NCBI GenBank assembly: GCA_008932965.1
Contig: WBXG01000057.1
Span: 1-11,552 of the forward strand
Direction: 5' to 3'
DNA: 11,552 bases
Origin: Verrucomicrobiota bacterium
Lineage (GTDB): Bacteria > Verrucomicrobiota > Verrucomicrobiia > Chthoniobacterales > UBA6821
The translations under genes were made by a program, and so were the position numbers. Below are positions 7,214 to 11,552 of this stretch, in pieces. Below the pieces are notes generated by a model. The model was not told the DNA's origin and did no database searches. It saw only the letters and a program-made list of their open reading frames with translations. The first letter of the stretch is position 1. Each line of letters begins with the position of its first letter.

Positions 7214-8992
7214 GTGCAAAAAAAATTCACCTCTGCAGCACTGGGTCAACGCATTGGATTAGTCTGTTCTTTTGTAGCATTGATTTTTACCTTTTTTGCA
7301 TTTCGTCTCGTCAATCTTCAGGTGGGAGGACATGAAAAGTTTTCTCATCTTGCAGCAGAAAAGCATGGTGTAAAGCAGCCTATTGCTGCAGTACGAGGAA
7401 ATATTTTTGACCGACATGGAGAGATCTTGGCAGTCAATGTTCCCGTTCGAACGGTCTATGCAGATGGAACCCATATCAAGGACCCTTTGGCGCTTGCTCA
7501 TGTAGCAGCTCCTTTTCTTGGTCTTCCAGAAAAAGAATTGGCTCTCAAACTTGCTAGCAAACGTCCTTATGTGGTTATTCGCTCCGGTATTTCTGAATTA
7601 GATGCTACCGCAATGATGCGAGCCCTGGAGGAATCGAAACTCTCTGGACTCTACTTACAGCCTGGTTCTGAGCGATCTTATCCTAATGGAAAAATGCTCT
7701 CTCATGTGCTCGGTTTTGTCGATCATAGCGGTCATGGAATCGATGGTATTGAACGTACTTTTGACAAAGAATTAGCTGGGCGGGATGGCTATCGTCATAT
7801 TGAACATGATCGAAAGGGACTTGAAATTGTGCTCTATCGAGGCCAAGAAGAACCAGTAATTAATGGAACCAATATTTATCTCACAATCGATATGGGTCTT
7901 CAGGCGATTCTAGAAAAACAGCTTGATAGTGCTATGGAGACCTATAAGCCAGCTGGAGCAACGGCGATTTTAGTAGATCCCAAGACGGGGGAGATTTTAG
8001 CAATGGGAAGCCGTCCTAATTACGATCCCAATCATTACAGTGAGGCAACGCCTGAAGAGCTTCGTAATCGTGCTGTTACTGATATGTACGAGCCGGGTTC
8101 CGTTTTTAAAGTGGTTGCTGCTTCCGGTGCTATCAATGAAGGAATTGTAACAGAGAACAGTACTATTTTTTGTGAGCATGGGTCTTTTTTATATGGAGGG
8201 AAAATTCTTCATGATGCCCATGGAGATTATTTTGGAGATCTTTCTGTGAGGGATGTATTAGTACACTCTTCCAATATCGGTGCAGCTAAGATTGCGATGA
8301 AAATGGGAGATACAAAGTATTACGAGTATGTAAGGCGTTTTGGTTTTGGTGAAAAAACCAACATTCCCTTACCTGGAGAAATTTCTGGTCTCGTGAATCC
8401 TCCGGCACGCTGGGATAAATTAACTATCACTCGTATGGCCATGGGACATGCCATTGCGGCAACTCCGATTCAAGTGGTCATGGAGATTGCGTGTATTGCC
8501 AATGATGGGAAATTGATGGTACCCCAACTCATCCATCATCGGGATCAGGAGAAGGAGAAAATGGAGCCGATAGTGCGCCGTGAGATTATTTCTTCGAAAG
8601 TAGCCGAAATTATTAATGGGGCTCTCATCGATGTTGTTGCGCGTGGAACGGCTCAACATGCTAAAATGGACGGGTACTCCGTTGCTGGAAAAACTGGAAC
8701 AGCACAAAAAATTAATACGCATGGTGGTTACTTAGAGGGGCGTTACATCGTCTCCTTTGCTGGCTATTTTCCGGCTGAAAAACCACGGATTGCTGGTCTT
8801 GTTGTGATTGACGATGCTCGTATTGGAAGTATTGCAAATTTTGGAGGTCTTGTGGCTGCCCCTATTTTTTCGAAAATCGGAGAAGCTTCCGCACGTTATC
8901 TTGACCTGCTTCCAAGCTCAACAGGAGCTTCAGTAAGTAAAGAAAATGCTTCATCCCCTTCTTCAAGTATTCCTAAAGTGGAAGCCCCTTAA
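7214..8992 (+). CDS. ftsI: Peptidoglycan D,D-transpeptidase FtsI (class B PBP, PBP3)
   Basis: 592-aa ORF with a GTG start. It has an N-terminal TM anchor (IGLVCSFVALIFTFFAF), a PBP dimerisation region, and the three transpeptidase motifs: SxxK (GSVFK), SxN (HSSN) and KTG (GKTGTA). The TAA stop (8990-8992) lies inside the TTAA terminus of repeat copy C. Confidence 0.9.
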   Translation: MQKKFTSAALGQRIGLVCSFVALIFTFFAFRLVNLQVGGHEKFSHLAAEKHGVKQPIAAVRGNIFDRHGEILAVNVPVRTVYADGTHIKDPLALAHVAAPFLGLPEKELALKLASKRPYVVIRSGISELDATAMMRALEESKLSGLYLQPGSERSYPNGKMLSHVLGFVDHSGHGIDGIERTFDKELAGRDGYRHIEHDRKGLEIVLYRGQEEPVINGTNIYLTIDMGLQAILEKQLDSAMETYKPAGATAILVDPKTGEILAMGSRPNYDPNHYSEATPEELRNRAVTDMYEPGSVFKVVAASGAINEGIVTENSTIFCEHGSFLYGGKILHDAHGDYFGDLSVRDVLVHSSNIGAAKIAMKMGDTKYYEYVRRFGFGEKTNIPLPGEISGLVNPPARWDKLTITRMAMGHAIAATPIQVVMEIACIANDGKLMVPQLIHHRDQEKEKMEPIVRREIISSKVAEIINGALIDVVARGTAQHAKMDGYSVAGKTGTAQKINTHGGYLEGRYIVSFAGYFPAEKPRIAGLVVIDDARIGSIANFGGLVAAPIFSKIGEASARYLDLLPSSTGASVSKENASSPSSSIPKVEAP

Positions 8993-9175
8993 CCCGGATA
9001 TTTCATACCGATTCTGCTGCGTCTTGCGAACACCTGATGGATACTGAGTCAGCCTCCTATTTTGACTTGGACAGTAGGGACTCCACCAATCCGGTATCAC
9101 CATCCTTCGTCCTTCTTGTGCTAATAAGCTTTGCACGGCGCCTCATGACACTTCAGTATGAAATATTCGGGTTAA
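8989..9175 (+). mobile_element. MITE-like element, copy C (187 bp)
   Basis: The left end is ttaacccggatatttcataccga. The reverse complement of the right end is ttaacccgaatatttcatactga, matching at 21 of 23 positions. It is flanked by TA within TTAA at both ends. The interior is homologous to copy D and to the reverse complement of copy A. An 8-T run (9176-9183) follows immediately, then the murE ATG at 9186. Confidence 0.88.
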
Positions 9176-9185
9176 TTTTTTTTCT

Positions 9186-10706
9186 ATGATTTTACAAGAT
9201 CTCCTCTCCTTTACAGAAGTTATTTCAATGAGTGGTCCAGCTGATGTTGGATCGACTCTTGACATCAAGCAGCTCTGTTTTGATTCACGAAAGGTACTAC
9301 AAGGGTCGCTGTTTTTTGCATTGCCGGGTACTCACAAAAAAGGGAGCACTTTTGTGCAAGAGGCAATGGAACGAGGAGCTGCAGCTGTGGTGAGTGAAGA
9401 AATAATCAATCAAAATTCTCAATGTAAGGTTCCATTCATTTGTGTTCCCAATGCTCGACGCTCCATGGCTGATCTAGCGTGTGCATTTTATCATTTTCCG
9501 AGTCAAACATTATCTCTCTGTGGCGTTACAGGAACTAATGGGAAGACAACCTCAAGTTTGCTGGTGCGTCATATTTGTGAAACTAATGGACGTGCGTGTG
9601 GTCTTCTTGGAACCATAGAATATGTTTTACCAGGACGAGTCGAAGAGGCCTCTCATACAACACCTGAATCCATTGGAATTCAATCGATGCTTGCAGAGAT
9701 GAGGGGCGGGGGATTTAAGGGAGTTGCTATGGAGGTTTCAAGTCATGCTCTTTCCCAAGAAAGAGTAAGAGGAATCGAATTTGATGTTGCCATTTTTACA
9801 AATCTTACACAAGACCACCTTGACTATCATGGATCGATGGAGGCTTATTTTAATGCCAAGGCAGCGCTGTTCGAATCCCTTCCCTATCAAAAAACAAAAC
9901 GAGGACGTGCTGTTATTAATGGAGACGATCGTTATGGACGTTTGCTCTTAGACCGTTTGGAGAAACTCCCCATCAAAGTTCCCACGATCACGTATGGACA
10001 ATCGAGTGGAGTTGATTTTCGTGCGACCAATATTGAGTATACTCCGAGCGGTACCATTTTTTGTTTAGAAGCTCGAAAAAGAAGCTACTTAGTGAGATCC
10101 CCATTGATTGGGATTTTTAATGTTTATAATGTTTTAGGAGCACTTGCCTCTGCTAGCTCTATGGGTTTAGAACTCCGTCGTGCGATTAAAGCACTTGAAA
10201 CAGCACCGCAAATTCCAGGGCGCTTACAACGAGTGGAGGGAAAGAAAAATTATCAAGTCTTTATTGATTATGCTCACACCCCTGATGCTCTTGAAAATGT
10301 TCTTCGTTCTTTACAGTACTTGCGGCCTGGTCGTCTTGTGGTTGTTTTTGGATGTGGGGGGGATCGCGACCGTGGCAAGAGGCCGCTCATGGCAGCTGCA
10401 GCAGAACGCTATGCAGATCACATTATCGTCACTACTGATAATCCACGCGGGGAGGATCCTACGGCGATTATCAAAGAAGTGACTCAAGGATTTAGACAAC
10501 AAAAATATTGCTGTATCTGCGATCGACGGGAGGCCATTTCTAGAGCTATCGAACAAGCATTGCCATATGATATTATTGTTATTGCTGGTAAGGGCCATGA
10601 GACCTACCAAGAGGTGAATGGAGTGCGATCTCCTTTTGATGATGCTAAGGTAGCCCAACGAGCAATGCTTCTGAATCAAAGGCCTGAACCCGAGAAGTGG
10701 AGCTAG
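9186..10706 (+). CDS. murE: UDP-N-acetylmuramoyl-L-alanyl-D-glutamate--2,6-diaminopimelate ligase
   Basis: 506-aa ORF with the Mur ligase P-loop GVTGTNGKTT, the conserved blocks HTTPES, EVSSHAL and FTNLTQDHLDYHG, and the DNPR motif (TTDNPRGEDP) associated with meso-DAP specificity. The TAG stop (10704-10706) lies in the terminus of repeat copy D. Confidence 0.92.
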   Translation: MILQDLLSFTEVISMSGPADVGSTLDIKQLCFDSRKVLQGSLFFALPGTHKKGSTFVQEAMERGAAAVVSEEIINQNSQCKVPFICVPNARRSMADLACAFYHFPSQTLSLCGVTGTNGKTTSSLLVRHICETNGRACGLLGTIEYVLPGRVEEASHTTPESIGIQSMLAEMRGGGFKGVAMEVSSHALSQERVRGIEFDVAIFTNLTQDHLDYHGSMEAYFNAKAALFESLPYQKTKRGRAVINGDDRYGRLLLDRLEKLPIKVPTITYGQSSGVDFRATNIEYTPSGTIFCLEARKRSYLVRSPLIGIFNVYNVLGALASASSMGLELRRAIKALETAPQIPGRLQRVEGKKNYQVFIDYAHTPDALENVLRSLQYLRPGRLVVVFGCGGDRDRGKRPLMAAAAERYADHIIVTTDNPRGEDPTAIIKEVTQGFRQQKYCCICDRREAISRAIEQALPYDIIVIAGKGHETYQEVNGVRSPFDDAKVAQRAMLLNQRPEPEKWS

Positions 10707-10866
10707 CCCGGATATTTCATACTCAATCTATTACGGCTTGTGGAAAGTTCACTATTACTGCGTTGGTCGCGAGTTGTTATGAAGGGAGGCAGTAGGAACT
10801 CATACAGCCCGGCATCACAATCCTTCGCCCGTCTTGAAGTAATGGACTTTGCACGCCTCCTCATTT
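10703..10866 (+). mobile_element. MITE-like element, copy D (about 164 bp, right terminus lost or degenerate)
   Basis: The left end ctagcccggatatttcatac is intact. The interior is co-linear with copy C: ggcagtaggaactcatacagcccggcatcacaatccttcgcccgtcttg against gacagtagggactccaccaatccggtatcaccatccttcgtccttcttg, and gactttgcacgcctcctcat against gctttgcacggcgcctcat. No ...tatgaaatattcggg right end follows. Confidence 0.8.
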
Positions 10867-10924
10867 TATAAACACAATAAAATCTTTTACGTTCTTCTCT
10901 TAAATTTTGCTTCTTCTAATCCTA

Positions 10925-11552
10925 TGGATCCTACCTCCCTTTCTCAAATAGCTGCTTGGTGTGGTGCTGAAATTCTTAGCGGTAATCCTGAGGCTCTTGT
11001 ATCTGGGGTTTCTCATGACACACGTCATATTAAAATGGGTGAACTCTACATTGCACTGCGTGGAGAGCATTTTGATGGCAATGTTTTTATGAAGGAGGCT
11101 CAAGAAAAGGGAGCTCTCGGAGTGCTCTGCGATGGATCCCCACCACAGAATCTTCCCTCTGATTTTGGAGTGTTACGCGTGACTGACACTCTTCAAGGAT
11201 TGAGATCCCTGGCAACAGCATGGCGTGGAGCGTTATCTCTGCGATCGGTTGTCTTAACGGGAAGCAATGGAAAAACAAGCACTAAAGATTTCACTACTGC
11301 ACTGTTAAGTTTTTTTCTTAAGGTTACTTCTACTCAAGGTAACTATAATAATCACATCGGGCTTCCTCTCTCGATTTTAAGGGCTTCTAAGAGTGATCGG
11401 GTTGCAATATGGGAAATTGGAATGAATCATGCTGGTGAAATAGCTCCTTTGGCTTCCATTGCTAGGCCAGACATAGGGATCATTACTAATATTGGAACTG
11501 CTCACATCGGTTTTTTGGGATCACGAGAGGCCATTGCCCAGGAAAAAGGAAA
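10925..11552 (+). CDS. murF: UDP-N-acetylmuramoyl-tripeptide--D-alanyl-D-alanine ligase, partial (N-terminal ~209 aa; continues past the window end)
   Basis: Hand translation from ATG 10925 gives MDPTSLSQIAAWCGAEILSGNPEALVSGVSHDTRHIKMGELYIALRGEHFDGNVFMKEAQEKGA...VVLTGSNGKTSTKDF...GNYNNHIGLPLSIL...WEIGMNHAGEI. These are the MurF N-terminal domain, the P-loop TGSNGKTSTK and the NNxIG(L)P block. The position after murE fits dcw synteny. It is absent from the ORF track because no stop falls inside the window. Confidence 0.9.

Noticed and set aside
6991-7230. 79-aa (-) and 61-aa (+, 7017-7202) ORFs between ftsL and ftsI.
   Set aside because: They lie essentially within MITE-like copy B. The reading frames are not conserved between copies, which have indels and different lengths, so the element is treated as non-coding.
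2157-10866. Whether the dispersed conserved ~18-25-bp motifs could be a CRISPR array or REP/BIME-type palindromic units.
   Set aside because: The motifs occur as inverted pairs bounding homologous 130-230-bp interiors. They are separated by whole genes, not by regular 30-40-bp spacers. This is MITE architecture, not CRISPR, and no cas genes are present.

Overview
The window contains ordinary housekeeping genes in two divergent blocks. The minus-strand block is purB (3'-truncated at the window edge), aroE, a Ser/Thr/Pro-rich hypothetical protein and gltX. The plus-strand block is the 5' half of a division/cell-wall (dcw) cluster: mraZ, rsmH, ftsL-like, ftsI, murE and murF (runs off the window end). 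I see no defence system, toxin-antitoxin pair, CRISPR array, RNA gene or autonomous mobile element. The unusual part lies between the genes. Most intergenic spacers examined (six certain, plus one doubtful case in mraZ-rsmH) carry a full copy, a truncated copy or a solo terminus of one repeat family. The two shortest spacers (purB-aroE, gltX-hypothetical) carry none. The elements are about 180-275 bp, MITE-like and non-coding. Their terminal inverted repeats are conserved, with consensus TTA(A/G)CCC(G/A)GATATTTCAT, and are flanked by TA. Three full copies (4386-4659, 6991-7170, 8989-9175), one right-truncated copy (10703-10866) and two solo termini (2171-2198, 6548-6579) are visible. In four cases the element terminus supplies the stop codon of the upstream gene (ftsL, ftsI, murE and the hypothetical ORF). 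Removing the element plus one TA restores a compact gene junction with an intact TAA stop. This fits TA-targeted insertion into stop codons, with the stop regenerated afterwards. A second clear signal is five 10-bp-phased (G/A)TGG(G/T/A) boxes 31 bp upstream of mraZ, which look like a MraZ operator. None of the 10 start codons has a well-spaced Shine-Dalgarno motif. The taxon cannot be assigned from the sequence alone. GC content is about 45%.
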